A program made the translations under genes and the position numbers. DNA of 63,957 nucleotides, counting the filler, from Guillardia theta CCMP2712 (lineage: Eukaryota; Protista; Cryptophyta), in the NCBI RefSeq assembly GCF_000315625.1. It is 4 parts of 4 records of this genome, joined end to end, with 100 filler letters (N's around TTAATTAATTAA, not from the genome) between each part and the next. Parts side by side here need not be neighbours in the genome. Positions count along the whole stretch, not along the records: positions 33,907 to 62,342 come from NW_005434580.1; 3 more parts are not named here. One strand, written 5' to 3'. Shown piece by piece: positions 35,542 to 49,811 of this stretch. Each line of letters begins with the position of its first letter. Position 1 is the first letter of the stretch. Under the pieces are notes generated by a model that saw only the letters and a list, made by a program, of their open reading frames with translations, was not told the DNA's origin and did not search any database.

Positions 35542-37444
35542 GTCTTCTTCGATCCTGAATGCGTCGGGACTATTTCCTGCTGCAACCGCTTCCTCTCTGA
35601 TATCAACCCGCTCGATGGTAAACGTCGACGTGATCGCACTGTCGTCAAGACGCCTTACTGTTCTTCTTCACAACCTCAACTTCTTCTCGTGCCCTCCTCC
35701 CTTCCTACGAGTCTGACAACCAGGAACGTTCGGATCTCCTTTATAGCTCCCCGAGTCACCAACCCCCGTCCTCCTGGCCCCAAAAATACCCCACCCCCCA
35801 ACTCGATTCGCAAGTACCCCCACCCTGATAAATACAACACTGCCTCGGAAATTGTATGTCTTTACTGAATTTTTCGGGGAAAATGACCGGTGATATCAGT
35901 ACCCCACCCCACATTATTCCGCAAGTAACCCGACGACCAACACTGGATCGTACTAACATATCGCTGACCCAACCCAAACCGATCCTTGCGGCCTCTCTGG
36001 CCTCATTTTGAATAGTTGGCGCATATGTTTCTAGGTCACATGTGCCTATTCCTTTACTGCTCCACTAATTCACAATTATGATTCTATGTAAATAGGGAAG
36101 AGTTTCGGTTTAGGTCCTATAGTGTCTGCTTATTGCTGCCATTTATCATTGGAATCGATGGCCGGGAAGGTGACATGCTGACATTCCTATTAGTTGACGT
36201 CTTTGAATAAGATTTTAGATATTTCATTTGAATATTTCAAGTTTCCTGAGGTACTTTGACAGAATAACAAGCACCATGTTCATCAGTTTTCAATTCTGTT
36301 AGCATGCGACAGGCCAACTACAGATAGTACACCTGGAGATCCTTTTCATCCGTCCCCAATTCTTTCAAACCCTGTGGTTTCAATGCTTCCCCTGAAAGCC
36401 AAAAAGCATTTTTTCGATTCATGTCCGATATCCTGGATTCCCATTGTCCTTGAAATAGCAATTTTTGAAAGACATACTATCCACTTATATGTCAAAACCA
36501 CGTTACTCTGTCAGCAGGTGCTAAAAGTTTATCACCACAGGCCTGCCTCAGAGTAGAGACAGGACATGAGCTACTCAAATAGGGTAGGAAGGGCAATGAT
36601 GTAGATCACCACCCAGGGGTACTAAATAGGGTAATACTTGGGAATTAAGAGGGGTGGTCGCTCAGAGGCTATTTAAGCAAGTCTGCCTCAAGTAATGAAT
36701 AGGATACATTGAGGGACATCGTTCAGGTAGTACTGATTGCAATTATTTGTTGATGGGACAGGGGGTAGGGTCAGAAAGGGGGAGAGAAGGGGGGTAGGCA
36801 AAATGGAGTAGGTGAGTGACGGTTTCAATGTAACTGCCATTGTTAGTTTGGCGGGAAACCATGCGGAAGTTTGTGGAGGGGAAAGAGGAAGAGAGGGGAG
36901 GGGAGGGGAGGACGGAAGAGGAGAAATACGATGGGGAGGAAGGGGAGAGAGTAGGATAGGGGTGAGTAGGAGAGAAAGGAGGGCAGGAGCAAAGGGAGGC
37001 GGAGAGGGGTGGGGAAGGGAGAAATATGCGAGGAAGGAGCGCAGAAGGGAAGGGAGGAGCAGAGCAGAGCGGAACGGAGCAGAGAGAAAGAGAGAGAAAA
37101 CAAATGATCAAGTGGAGTAGAGTAGGCAGGGGAGGGTAGATGGAAGGGTGGGGAGGGGATTGGTGAAGGCAGGTGAGGTCAGGAGAGAGAGAAGATGAAA
37201 ATTGTAGGACAGACGTTAGAAAGATAGAGAGAAAAGGAACGATACGAGGATGAATTGAATTGAATAGGAGAGGAGGAGGGAGGAGCGTACAGTGGACAGT
37301 CTCACTGTCAAGAGAATATGAAGACTGGCAAACGGGATCAAAATGAACGATAGTCAGAAGCAAATCAATCAACGACCACCATTGTTCTAAAGTCTGTTGC
37401 TGTTTCAGGAGGGGTGTTTCCTCTCCCGCTGCCAGGCACTGACG

Positions 37445-40400
37445 ATGGAGGTTTCGTCGCTTGTTCGAAAGCTGGGTATTGTCTTTCTATCTAGCGAATC
37501 AAGGGTTTTCTGATGTTTTTAAAAGGACATGAATCCATGCAGATCCGGAAACATGCTATGTCCTCTATCTTGTTCAAAATCAAGCAGAAGCTTATCTGTA
37601 TTCCGCAGTTGTGGGAAGCAGACCTCATGGTATGATGAAATTTCAACGCTTTGCATAAGTAGCTTAAGCTTTGTACGTCAGATTTTCCCTCTTCTTTTGG
37701 AATGGTTCAACTACCCAAATGCGCCGTTACAGCAAGAAGTAAGGCTCTGCCATGTTGAAGACTGATAACTGATAAAAATCAGGTCTTGGAGCTGGTACAT
37801 AGTATCTGTTCCGCTTATCCAGATGCTGCTTCCACATTCAGTATACACGATAGCCAGTCCTGCATTGATTTGTAAGCTTTGATGCAGCTCAAGTTGGGGC
37901 CATTCCTTTCTTTCAGGAGATGAAAAGGCATTGCAATGTACTTTCCTCTCCATGTCCATTCCAGTTGAATTTTCCCTGATCGCTCGGAAACAGATTGCTC
38001 TCAAAGAATGTGTTGGATCAGTCTTGAATATTCTCTTGTCAACTCCAAGAAATGAAAATCTTGTCAAGGACGTCCTCATTCGTTCCAAGGTGAAGGGATT
38101 GTTTTAAGTTTGTTCAAAATGGTTTGATTTTCGATTAGACGATTGGAGAGAAAAGCGTCCAAAATGAAATGCAATCAGAAGCTTCTGCAATTGTCAGCCA
38201 ACGATCGCATGATGGTGCGAATGCAAACCGATCAGAATCTTTTGAGATTCTAAAATATGCCACACAGTCTCCGAGACCAGAACCACATCTAACTTTGAAG
38301 GATCCAATGTTTCCAATAGCAAAAGGTATCAAGCAACATCAAAAGGATCTTTACCAGTGATTGCGTTGTCACGCGAAGATAGCCAGGTACCTAACGTACA
38401 ATTGTTTCAATTTCTTAATTTGCTTCTCAAAAGTTACTTTTTGAAATCGACGTGAAATTGAAAATGACGGACCGCAATGTTGTTGGTGCAAGATACTTTG
38501 CGTTATGATTGCAGAATATATTGACATAGTATCTGGATAGTTTCTTCGGTTCAGCACCTTGAAGTTCTCCTCACATCAGACTTTCCTCCAGAAGTAAGAT
38601 TATCTCAGAGTTTTTGGTTCCTTGCAAGTGAGGACTCATTCAGGTTTTGCTTCAAAAGCCTGAAATTTTTCAAAATTTGTTGAGCCTAATGCAAACGAGT
38701 GATGCCAACGATATCACTGGAAAAGCTGCAGTCAAATTCTTTATGAATTGGGTACCTTATACGTGGTCGTCTGTCAGAGGTTTTCACCCTATGAACAGGT
38801 TTTATGTTTGAAGAAAAGCATAAGATGCTATCTTACAGTCATGCTTCATCAAAAGGTTCCTTTTGACGTCCATCAATTAGCAAACACTGGTACATGTAGC
38901 TTTGTGCAATCGTAGATTCACTTGAAACTTGACAGATATACCAAGAACATCAAATCTTGATTCAAATTGGAACTATCCACCACCCTGCATCAAGAGCTAC
39001 ATGGGCTCTATTACTCCGCAAGACGCAGTACATTCGATCTTCAGCCGATCGAGCGTCATTCTTCAAGACCCCGATCGTATTGGAGACGTGATACGATTGA
39101 TGAGAGCTTGCTTGCCGCTGCTGTGCAGTTGTACAGGGTACCGGGATCAAAACATTCAGGTTTGATAGCACCTTGAATTGGGCCGAACCATTGTTATCTT
39201 ACGCATGACATTTCCTTGTATGTGTAGTTTTGTGATAGCGAAAAAATTGGAGTGCACCTACAATCCCTGTCTGCCGTTCTCGCTTTTCATGGTTGGAACA
39301 GGGTGAGAAATTCTGGTTTAGTCTCCAAATTTTGAAACTTCATAGGTTCTTACGGATCCATCGATGTTTGATATCTTCACATTATCATTGGATCTGGTCA
39401 GCATCACACCAGAGCACGAGAGAAGAAAAATGCTTCCATCCAAGCTTTGCGACATTATTTTTCAAGTTGCAATTGAGCCATCCATCGGGAAAACAAACAA
39501 AGATATTCAGAACCGATCTATAGCAATCTTGAAGAATATTGACCATTCTTATGCAAGAGTTATTCAGGAAGTTGAAGACATCTGGACTGGCCTGAAGCTC
39601 TTTGAAACAACTGTGGTGCCTGACGGTCAAAGTGAGATTTCAATGGATCCTTCAAAATCACTCAAATTACTTCTACCAAATCTTGCATACTTCCCGGAAT
39701 GTTTCGAATCGTTTGTAATGGCTTTGATCAAAGAACTTGCCTCCGATGCAGTGCAACCTCCAAGTCTGAACATTCTTTTTGATGTCCTTCTCGGTTTGTT
39801 CAATTCCAGTGTTGATTCCCTAAGGATCTTGACATACCTTCAATTGAATATGAATTTGGAATCTATTATTCGTGCGCGCCAAGACCAGTTTTGTACTGAG
39901 AGGATTTTCTATGAGATTGTTCATAACGGGATGCAACATGTTGATACTCAGAGACATACTTGCAACATTCTACAAAAGATGTTCAACTCGTATGGGCCAA
40001 AAAGATTGTGCACGGTTGCGCAGTGTGCTTTGCCTACTTTGGTTGCACATGTCAATCTGTCAGATAACGAAAACTTTGTTTTAGGTTTTGTTTGGGCAAT
40101 CCTCAATCTGTCGAGAAAGGAAGATTTAGCGATTTGGCTCGCTATTATGGTCGGAAATGTAAATGAAAGTATCAGAATTTTGGCGTCAAGGGACTTGCTA
40201 TCTGTCCTACAGAAATCTGAGATGCAGCTTAATTGTGATGATTTTTCTGATCCCCTTGGCTTTATCAAAGAAAGCTCGGCCCTTCCTGTCCCATCGCGAT
40301 TGATTGCGAATGAATCTTTCCGAAAAAGAGCCTTCGATAAGCAAGAGATGTCTGACCTCATCAAAGTGCTGAGCTCGTCAAATCTCTTTGAAAAGACAAG

Positions 40401-43400
40401 ACTTTCAGCAGGGGAGCAGCTTTTGATTGCAGCCAAGAATCAAGCCTTAATGATGATTTTGCTGGATTTAAATATTTCGGATTCTATTTTTTCAGTGATA
40501 TCTCAGGAGAATAACCAGGAAGTACTATGCATCTGTTTGAAAATTACCACAACTCTGATCAAAAACAGCAAATATGTGCGTGAGCGCTGCATGCAGTGGC
40601 AGCAATTGAAAATCCTTCTTGGTATGTTGTTCAACGCTTCTCAAGACGTCAGGAGACAAGCGATGATATCGATCAGGTGTCTTTAAGCTTTTGGTTTGTT
40701 TGATACTAAAGTTAGTGTTTGCAGTTGTTTATCTTTTGCATTCGATAGAATGTTGAATTTGGTTCACTCTGAAAAAGGTTTCCAACTTGAAAGACTGAAT
40801 GATTCCAATACGCAACAAGTCCCTGAAGAACTCTCCGTTTTTGTGCCAGATGCTTTCCGAGATCAATTCCTTTCATTCGCTCACTTCAAGTATTACGGCA
40901 TCAACAGCGAGTTTTGTAATGCAGTCAAATTACAGGATCCTGCTGTTCAGAAAGCGATTGCTAAGCTTCAGACCTTTGCAGATGATAATGCGTCCACAGT
41001 TTGGAATCAATCTATGACGAATGGAGGCAAGAGAGCCTTGTCGCTGATTGAAAAGATAGAAAATGCGACAAGCCACGATTCATTTTTACAGAACGTAGAA
41101 ACAGCTTTGAACTACGTTTGTGGGAACCAAGAACTGGTGAACCTGTTTCTGATTGCAACTTGTAAGGGGTCGATTGCTCGGATCCTCTGTACACCTCCAG
41201 CAGATGTATCTGATGCTCAAGTGCTCAGCGTCTTATTGGGGACAATTACCAAGGCCCTCAGCTGTCTTCCAGAAGGTCCGAATAGTGCTTGCTGCACATT
41301 TCAAACAACTGATTGTGCGATTTTCAGGTCATCCAGCTCCAGGGCCATTCATGAGATTTTTTCTCGATTGTATCAAAGACCACCTGTTTCCAATGCTGAA
41401 GGTGGATCCCATCTTACTTGACACTAGGACATGGAAGGAATTGAGAAAGGATTTCATACGTCTTTGTTTTGAGTTACTCTTACATGATTACGATGCTGGT
41501 ATGAGGATGGTGGCACCAATCTTTCGTGTCATGCCTTCGTTCGTACCTTGGATGATCTCACAACTAGCCTTCACTACAAGTCAAGATTTGAACGCTTCTT
41601 ACTCAGCAGACATTGCCGACAGGCAGATTTTGGAATGCATTCAAATTATTTGCCTAGAGGAAAGGGACTTTCAACATACCTCGCAGCAGATTTTCAGTGC
41701 TATCAAATCTGTTTTAGAGTTATTAACGGTCTTTTTGAAAGCTTTTTCTGCCTCAAGACTCGCACATGCTGGACCAGAGCAGCATAAAGCAGCACCACTC
41801 ACGTTTAGAAGAAAGGCATTAGTGAAATCATGTATTCAACTGGTGTCTTTGATTTTACAGACTTTTCCTTTGCTATGCAGTGAATGGGTCAAGGTGAATG
41901 TCGAGTTCGAATCGATCAGATGGCTTCTAATGTTCACAGAAGACCGTGAGACCAATGTTCGAGCTATGACTTTTTCTATTCTTTCTTCCATATCTTCGTG
42001 TATGACATCAAGCAACTACATCAGTTCTCATCTGATCATTGCATCACAAAGTTCTTTGGTTCTTGCACCGCAGCACAGTGAGTATCTCGAGCACTGCATG
42101 GAAAAGGTTCTTGATCCAGAGGAAGCAGAGTACGTCAGATATCAAGCCTCGATGGTTCTGGCACTATCGTTGTCAGACACTGCGATCGATATTGAGGACG
42201 AAGACGAAACGCTTGATGTTTTGTCGTCGTGCAGTATGCGAACAAGCGAATCTCTTTTGTTGTCGAGCGACTCGTTGCAAGATTCAACACGCTTCCAGAA
42301 CACTTTTGACAATGTTGAAATCTCGAATACGGAGAGGACGCAAGAGCGAGATGCTTTTGCGAAAACAAGGATTCTCAACACGATTTCAATTCTTGAAAGA
42401 AGTGAGTTTCTGCACTTTTTTGGCAAGTTGATCTCGGAAATGAGTCAATCGGCTGAAAACAAACAAAGTTTGCTTCTCATGGCTTGCGTGACTATTGTTT
42501 ACAACTGGAGCCTTATTGAACCTGTTAAGGTTTCAAGTTTTCTTTCAGATGATAAGTTAATAATAGGTGTAACAAGGCTCTTGGATCCGATGCTTATGAT
42601 TCAAACAGAACTTTCTCGACCTCGGTACTCAACCCACGTTGGTGAAGCACTTGTTGGGTCCAATCTACACCTCCACACAGTTACCACTGGCTCGATTCCT
42701 TGCATGCTTCATGGTGTTTCTGTTCTCTGCAAGATGCTCACGACTTACGTAGAATCCAATGAAGAGGTCGTGTTCACTCTCGTTCACAAATCCAGTATGC
42801 TCGAGTCTGCAGCAAAGCTATTGCGCTATAGATTCTCCAATCAGGCAGCAAACAATCGATGCTCGAATCTGGCATGGATTCATCGCCATATCCTAAATGC
42901 TGAGCTTGTTGCAAAGACATCACTTACCTCCTTACTTTGCAGTATCTTAAGCAGAGGCAGGACTGGATTTGAAGCCTCTAGAATCTTGATGGAACAAGAT
43001 ATCATGGACGCATGTCTTAGTATGCTGCTTCCTTGCTATCATCCTTCTTTGAATTACAGTGGCTGTGCTCTACTATCTCATGTTTCTGCACATATATCAG
43101 ATCAAGCTTGCAAAACTTTGACGCAGGCAGGCAAACTTGGAGAAGAGAGCAAATTCTGTGACCACAAAGCAGATAAGTGCGTTGAACGAGAATTGTCAAA
43201 AAGGTTGCTTGGAATTTATCATCAACTCTACGAATCGAGTGAAGTGGAGAACATAAGCGTTCATCTCAATGTCGAACAATACAAAGGCGCTGTTGTGGCT
43301 GCAATCTGTTCCATCTTAAGTGCTAGCACCCAATCGAAGGAATTTTGCCTCTCGGTTGGCTTTCCCGACGCCCTTGTGTCTGCATTGGATGCGAGGTTGA

Positions 43401-44461
43401 ATCAAATGCTTCTGTACGATCTCCACGGGAAAAACAACTTGACTTCTCGAATTGATGACTCCGGGTGGGTAAAAAGGAGCATTTCGATGACTACGAGTAG
43501 GAACAGATCAAACAAGACGGTGAAGAAGAAAACAATCAAAAGGAACCTTACACAGATTGAAACAGAGATCGTGTTTATTCTCGAAATTTTCAAGAATCTC
43601 CTCTACAACTCGAGTTTGGAAATCAAATCCTATCTATTGAATGCGGGACTTCCCAACGTCATCTCGAGGCTCCTCACAAAGTCCTGCTCCCAGACTGACA
43701 AAGTCGTTGAGTCGATTATGCAAATGCTTGCCAACCTTGTTTTTGAGTGCGAAGCAGCATGCCAGGCTATGGCAGATGGAAGAAGTCACGGCATGAATCT
43801 TCTGCAACTTGTGATGAACAGCATGGGAAGAGTGCAGGCGAACAGTGATCTCTGGCAAGACTACATGCGTGTACTTTCCAGCAGCTGTTCGTCATGGGAG
43901 TGTCTCTTGATCCTGCTCAAGAGTCGTGTGATCCAAGACGTGTTGAACAGGATCGATGAGTTCACGGAGTCGAAGTGCGTTGAGAGTGTTGCGGCGGCTC
44001 TTCTCTTTCTCGTCTCTTTGTCTTTCCGTGAAGAGGGTCAAGTTGGGCTGCTGCGAATCCCACAATTTGTCGAGCTCCTCGCAAGAACTCGATCCTCTTT
44101 CATCCTCAACGGTCGCATCCGGCATCTCGTGGGACTGCTCTTCCGCAACTTGACCTTCCTTCCAGCCGGGAAGGCACACATTCTTAACCATGCTGGAGCT
44201 ATGGAGGCTATCATAGAAGATCTTGAGATGTCTACGTTCGTCCGGGAGAGCAGCAGCTGCCGAGCGATAGCGGCCAACGCTGTGTGGTCGCTCCTCTACC
44301 TCCACGAGAAATCGCGGACTACAATGAAGACGAATGGATTTTCCATTCGGATCCAACGCGTCTACGAGAGCCTCGCGTCTTCACAGGACAGCTCGAGTGA
44401 CGGGTGGGAGAAGAGCGCCATTGAAAGCTTGCAGGCCGCTCTCAAGATTCTGGATGTCTAG
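37445..44461 (+). CDS. RTTN: Rotatin (centriole/basal-body ARM-repeat protein), multi-exon
   Basis: Spliced N-terminus MEVSSLVRKLGHESMQIRKHAMSSILFKIKQKLI...LLEWFNYPNAPLQQEV...VGAIPFF matches the rotatin N-terminal domain (LIRKLGH..EIRERAL; LLEWFNFP). C-terminus LLFRNLTFLPAGKAHIL...AANAVWSLLY matches the rotatin C-terminal ARM region. Long exons at 39364-40686 and 41329-44461. Confidence 0.9.
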
Positions 44462-44735
44462 CTGGATGGTGACGCTTGTGTACAAACTGGACGAAGAGTT
44501 GGTGCGCTATGCTTCTGTATTTCTTGTTTTGTAAATGTCTGTGATGAGTTGTTGGTCAAATGCACTGTTGAATGATGGGACGTGGTCAGGCCCTTTACTA
44601 GGTTACAGTAATGAATAAGCTATTCCTCCCTTCCTTGGAATCCTCAGTACCACTGCACGCTCAAGGATAGAGATCGGCGCAGGTTGATCGCAGGTAAGAT
44701 TCGCAGCTCTCAGCCCTGAAAGCCAGTCAGTGATG

Positions 44736-45313
44736 TCAACGAAAACTTGAGCTGCCTGACCCGTAGATGTTGGTCCACTTCAACCCCTCGTCTGAAGAGT
44801 GAGCGACGGACTTGGCAAGGTCGTTGACAACCTCAGGGGAGTACTCGTCGAGAGCGATGAGCGTGTCTGCATGCGGGTTGAGCATCGAGGAAGAGAAATA
44901 CAGACGATCGTCAGACCCACCCCCGTTGTCATTGCCTGAAGTCATCAGCATGTTCTCTGCCAGAAGCTGCCGCTGTCGCCGCATAGTTGAAAAATCTCTG
45001 AACTGCTGGAACACTCCCATGACTCCTGCCTTGCACTTCAATGGCAGCAGGAGATGCGTCAGAATACTGAATGATATTTCATGTGCACATTTCTAGAAGA
45101 TATCAAGACCCCATCATTGATTGATACATGGCCCCTTTCCTTGTTTGGAGTGTATCTCAACCATGTCTTACACTGCTCTATGGCAGCTTTGATCTCATCT
45201 GTTGCTCTTGCCTCTACTTTCTTGCTATTTTGCAACAACACTTGTAGACAAGTTCAGACTCGTTCTCCTCGCTTCCGATTGCTTCCACCCTCAAGCTCCG
45301 CGTCCTGATGCAT
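44736..45313 (-). CDS. Small 3-exon hypothetical protein
   Basis: ATG 45313 MHQDAELE, then a 48-nt GT..AG intron giving VLLQNSKKVEARATDE...; second intron; last exon to stop at 44736. Confidence 0.5.
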
Positions 45314-45534
45314 TCTACACGCGCCCTTCCTCCCTCTGCACTCTTTTCAATATGGGTTGATCTTTTCCTAGTCCAAAATTCTTCGCCTCCTCCCCTTTCA
45401 TCTGACTCAGTCCAGCGTGAACTCCCCACTACTCGTTATCTTTGCCACTCATCTGCTACAGCACAGAAACTGTATCCTCTCATATCCGTGATATCGCCAT
45501 CTCTCTCCCTCCCTCCAGTCTTCCTCCCTCGCTC

Positions 45535-45550
45535 CCTGCCTGCCAGCCAG

Positions 45551-45586
<36 letters not shown>

Positions 45587-45610
45587 CCAGCCAGCCAGCC
45601 TGCCAGCCAG

Positions 45611-45654
<44 letters not shown>

Positions 45655-45655
45655 C
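45535..45655. repeat. (CTGC)n/(CAGC)n microsatellite
   Basis: Directly visible; also at ~49001-49053. Confidence 0.9.
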
Positions 45656-46750
45656 CCCGCTCCCTCGCTCGCTCGCTCGCTCCCTCCCTCCCTCCCTCGC
45701 CTCCACGCGTCCCCTTCTCGTTTCCTCCGCGTGCTCCTGTAGCATTTTACTAGTCCGAAATCTGCTCCGTCCTCCTACCCCACCCCCTCCATTGTAGGGA
45801 CACATCTACCCCCTACCAATCTGAATTTGAATATTTGTCAATTCACCCCTATTATTGTCATATCAGTGATACGCAATGAAGGGGGTAGGGTTATCTTTTG
45901 ACCCCTACCAAAGTACCCCCCACCCTACTGTCAACTTCGATCTTCCTGCATTCCTCGGCAAACTCTCCCGGACCCCTCGAAGATTTTGATCTCCTTACCC
46001 CACCCCTTCAATTACTTTCTTCACCGGTTATCCTCACTGACATTCCATTATGTTGTACCCACCCTTTTATGTACCCCTACCCCGACTTTAATCTGATTTC
46101 CTGGACCTCTACCCCCCATATCACGTTGAATTTAAAATTACATTTATGGACAGTGAGGGGAAGTCGGTCTTGTCAATCCACCCACCTTCGTGAGGTCCTA
46201 GGATACCTAGGACACACATACAAATTACTAGCACCAAAGTTGCACTTCACTCGTCTTGGGGTCTTAGGACACCTAGGACTCTCGGTAGGACCACTGGCGT
46301 TCCCGCCGCAGACAGCTTCCGAAGGTCGCCCGTTGACTACTAGTACCGTAAGTACCGCCGTCTCTGTTGCAGAATACGTACTGGACTACTCACGTGTGTG
46401 ACTCGGGTGACGACGGGCCCCGGCGTACAAGCCTCGAGCGGAGTCCGATCAGTGCAGTGCAGGCGGCGCCATGGCCCGCTACTAGTTGAACGGACGGACC
46501 GGGAAGCCTGGCCGCACGGTGCCGGGGCCCGCCGGTCTAAACTTTCAACTTACTAATTTAGGCTCAGTGCCACCGCCCAGCGACTCGCATTGGCTGCATC
46601 CGATTACGGTCGGACTCGGAGCCTCAGGCTCCGGGCTGGCACTGCCGCCGACTGGCCCTCAGGCCCAAGTGACTCACTCGGGCTGAGTGCGCCGGGCCGT
46701 CCGGGCCGGGCCCGGGCCAGCCTGTCCAGCGGCTGAGCGGCGACTGCTCC

Positions 46751-46784
46751 GTCCTCGTTGTAATTTAACTTAACTTTGACTAAA
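46751..46784 (-). repeat. Dispersed intergenic motif, copy D (degenerate, inverted)
   Basis: Reverse complement TTTAGTCAAAGTTAAGTTAAATTACAACGAGGAC. Confidence 0.75.
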
Positions 46785-47777
46785 CTTAAGTATTGTACGT
46801 ACCAAGTCAAATCCGAGTCAGACGGTCGTTCAGGCTTCGTAGTTCAACCTCCTGGTCCCACAGGGGGTGGGGGTGGAATTGCCGAAGGTGACTGGGAGGG
46901 AGGGGGGTGGTGAAATAGGGAAGGACGGGTACGGATCTACTAAGGTTAGATGGAAAAGAGTGCAAGTTGGGGGGGTCATACCCCTAGTGATATATGGGGC
47001 TCAGGGGGGTGGGGTAGGGGGTTCCGTCAGCCTGTAGAGTTGAGGGGTGGTGTAACAACAGCGAACGGGGGAGTAAAGTGGGAAATAGTATCAGGGTGGG
47101 TAGTATTGATGGAAATATGAGGGGTGGTAATGATTGAGTTGTAGCCTTGTCGACACTTGGGGTAGGGTACTGGACTTTTAGGGAAGGTGGGGTCGTAGTC
47201 GTAATTCAGATCGATGGCGGAGATCGCTGTATCAGGTAAAAATGTTGTGAAGAAGGGAGAAGGGAGAGAGAGGAAGAGGAGGGGGAGGGGGAGGAGACGG
47301 AAAGAGGAGGAAGAGTAGAGATGGAGGGAAGGAGATGTCGTTGTTGTTGTTATGCTGGAGGAAGATAGATCAAAGAGGGGTAGGACGACAAAAACTTCCT
47401 TGGTCAGGTACATTTTTGTTTTAGCAAGCTGATAGATTAGCCACAGTCAGTCAGGCAGGCGGTAAGGTGGAATCCTTGTATGATGGAGGGGATGAAGATA
47501 TTATGACACACCGACGTGAAATATAAGAGCATACTTGTAGCTACTTGTAGAGCAGAGAAATAGGAAAACGCCTCAGGACAAATTTTATTGGTTGTTTCAA
47601 ACGCGCAGGGGTTCATGGTTGTATTCATGTGTGATCCTCCTGCAAACTCCAGAGGCCAGCAAGACACCCTTGCTCCCTCTTGTGCTTGCTGAGAGCAGTA
47701 GATGTACAATGACATGTTGAGAAAAGCTGAATCGAATCGTTTAAGGACGCCGGGGGGGGGCTGCGGAGGCGAGTAAG

Positions 47778-48999
47778 ATGAAGCGACCACGACCCGCGCC
47801 TCCGAAGCGGAACAAGGCGGTGGATAGAGGGAAGACGAAGGAGCTGCTGGACTGTCTTGACTGCCTGGTAGGAAGACAGTCAGGTGTCTGGGCCCACATG
47901 GACCTAGGTGATGATGTTCTAGGTGCCTGTGAGGGAAAGGCCGCTCGCTGAAGAGAAAGGCAAGCTTGAATCTCGACGAACGGTGAGCGATGGTCGCCCT
48001 GTTCAGGATGTGCCAGTGAAGCAGGAGGCAGGTCCTTCAGCTGTATGAGGACTGCATCGTTCATATCAAAAGCATAATGAACAAGGTCAATGCTCGTGAT
48101 AGGGCAACAAATTTGGTTGACAAGGATGCTGGTACAGGAAGAGGCATGCGATGCTCCCGCTACCAGAAGCTCTGGTTCTGTTTTTCATGGGGACGTGCTA
48201 CGGAATGGGATGAGCTCGAGGTGACTGGTCTCATTCTCTCACAGCCGTTGATGGGTTTGTTGGGGTTCAGTTTTACTTTCCCGTTCATCACTCTAAGGGT
48301 TCCTTCGCTGGTAGTTGAATCTGCGAGCCAGATGGTGCAGTACTGGTGAGAGCAATACGGCGTCTCCTGCCAGTGTTGTGGTGGTGGAGTTGGGGATAGA
48401 TTGGAGAGAGGGGAGGTTTGGGAGGAAGGAAGGTGCCAGGGAGTAGAGTGCGGGGGGAGGATTGAGCTAGAGGAGAGGTATGCGTGTAACTTCAGCAGAA
48501 TGGATGAGGTTGGGGCCAATTGGTTGCTACAGCTGATGTCCCTTGTCCAACAGGTATAGGAACTCTCCTTTTCGCACTTTGAGGGGGCAGAACATACTGC
48601 ATTTCATAGACTATTCAGATCGTTGGAAGGTGAGTTGAATGTTTTGCTACGTTCATCGTTAAGTCTGGGGTCAGTGGCGAGCTTACTTGAAGAGGCTGGA
48701 AACGTTTCGGGTGCAGGGCGGGCAGATTTCGTCAACCATGGTTCCTTTCGAGGCCAATCTGATCTGCTTCACCCCCTTCGCGTTCCCTGCTGTGAATCAA
48801 ACAGAATGTAAAGGCGTTGGAGTGGAGACGATGAAATGCTTGTGGGTCCCGACTTGTGTCAATTCCGGTAGGTTGAGAAGCGGAGGAACCTGGTTGACAG
48901 CTGAGAGCTGTGGTTGCGCTCATTACTCCTTCTTCTCCTATCTTTCTCCTCCTCTAATTCTCCATATGCTGCATGTGGTTTTTGTTCTTGGTTCATTTA

Positions 49000-49055
<56 letters not shown>

Positions 49056-49776
49056 TCCTTCCTTCCTATCTTGTCAATTTGACACATCTCAGACGGCTGC
49101 GTCGTTTTCCTCCTGTACATACAACCGCCTTCATTCAATCAACAAACTAGGTGAGGAGGAGGAGGGAGCGGAGGAGTGCGAGAAGAGACTAGGATTAGGA
49201 AGAGGGCGAGTATGGGGAGCGAGCATGTGGGCAAGCAGGAGAATAGGAAGCAGGATAAGGAGCGCATAGAGAAACAGCGGGAAATGGAGGAACAGGAGGG
49301 GCGGGGCAAGGCGGGGGGCAGAAGAGGAGTTGCGAATGAATTTTGATGTACAGGAAGAGGAAGAGGGTTGAGAGTCAAGAATTCTGTGAAATTGTCATGG
49401 AAAAGCCGCAAATGAGCTGCAACGGAGTGTACGGGTAAGAGGAGAAGGCGTTTCCGGCAGGAGAGAAAGGGGCAAGGCCGCGATGAGGAGGAAGACGAGG
49501 AAGGGAGAGAATTGGGGAGGAGGAGGAGAAGGAAGGGGAGGCAGTATACACGAGCGAGAGGGAGGAAGAGAGAAAGTGAGGCAGGGATGCGGGGAAAAGG
49601 AAACAAACTTGCTATCGAGTGAAAGTTTGCAACCAGGTATGATGAGCTCTGCTCTACATGTTTCCCTTGGAATGTCGATTCGGCCATGCATGCGGTGGAA
49701 AAGGATTCTCACCCTCCCTTCGTGCAGGCAGCGATAGTGGGAATGGTGAGAAGATGGTGAAGCAGATGATGATGAC

Positions 49777-49811
<35 letters not shown>

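Noticed and set aside
47437-48519. Minus-strand ORFs 47437-47790, 47741-48064 and 48160-48519
   Set aside because: Largely antisense to the phase-consistent spliced plus-strand bHLH/PAS-like gene.
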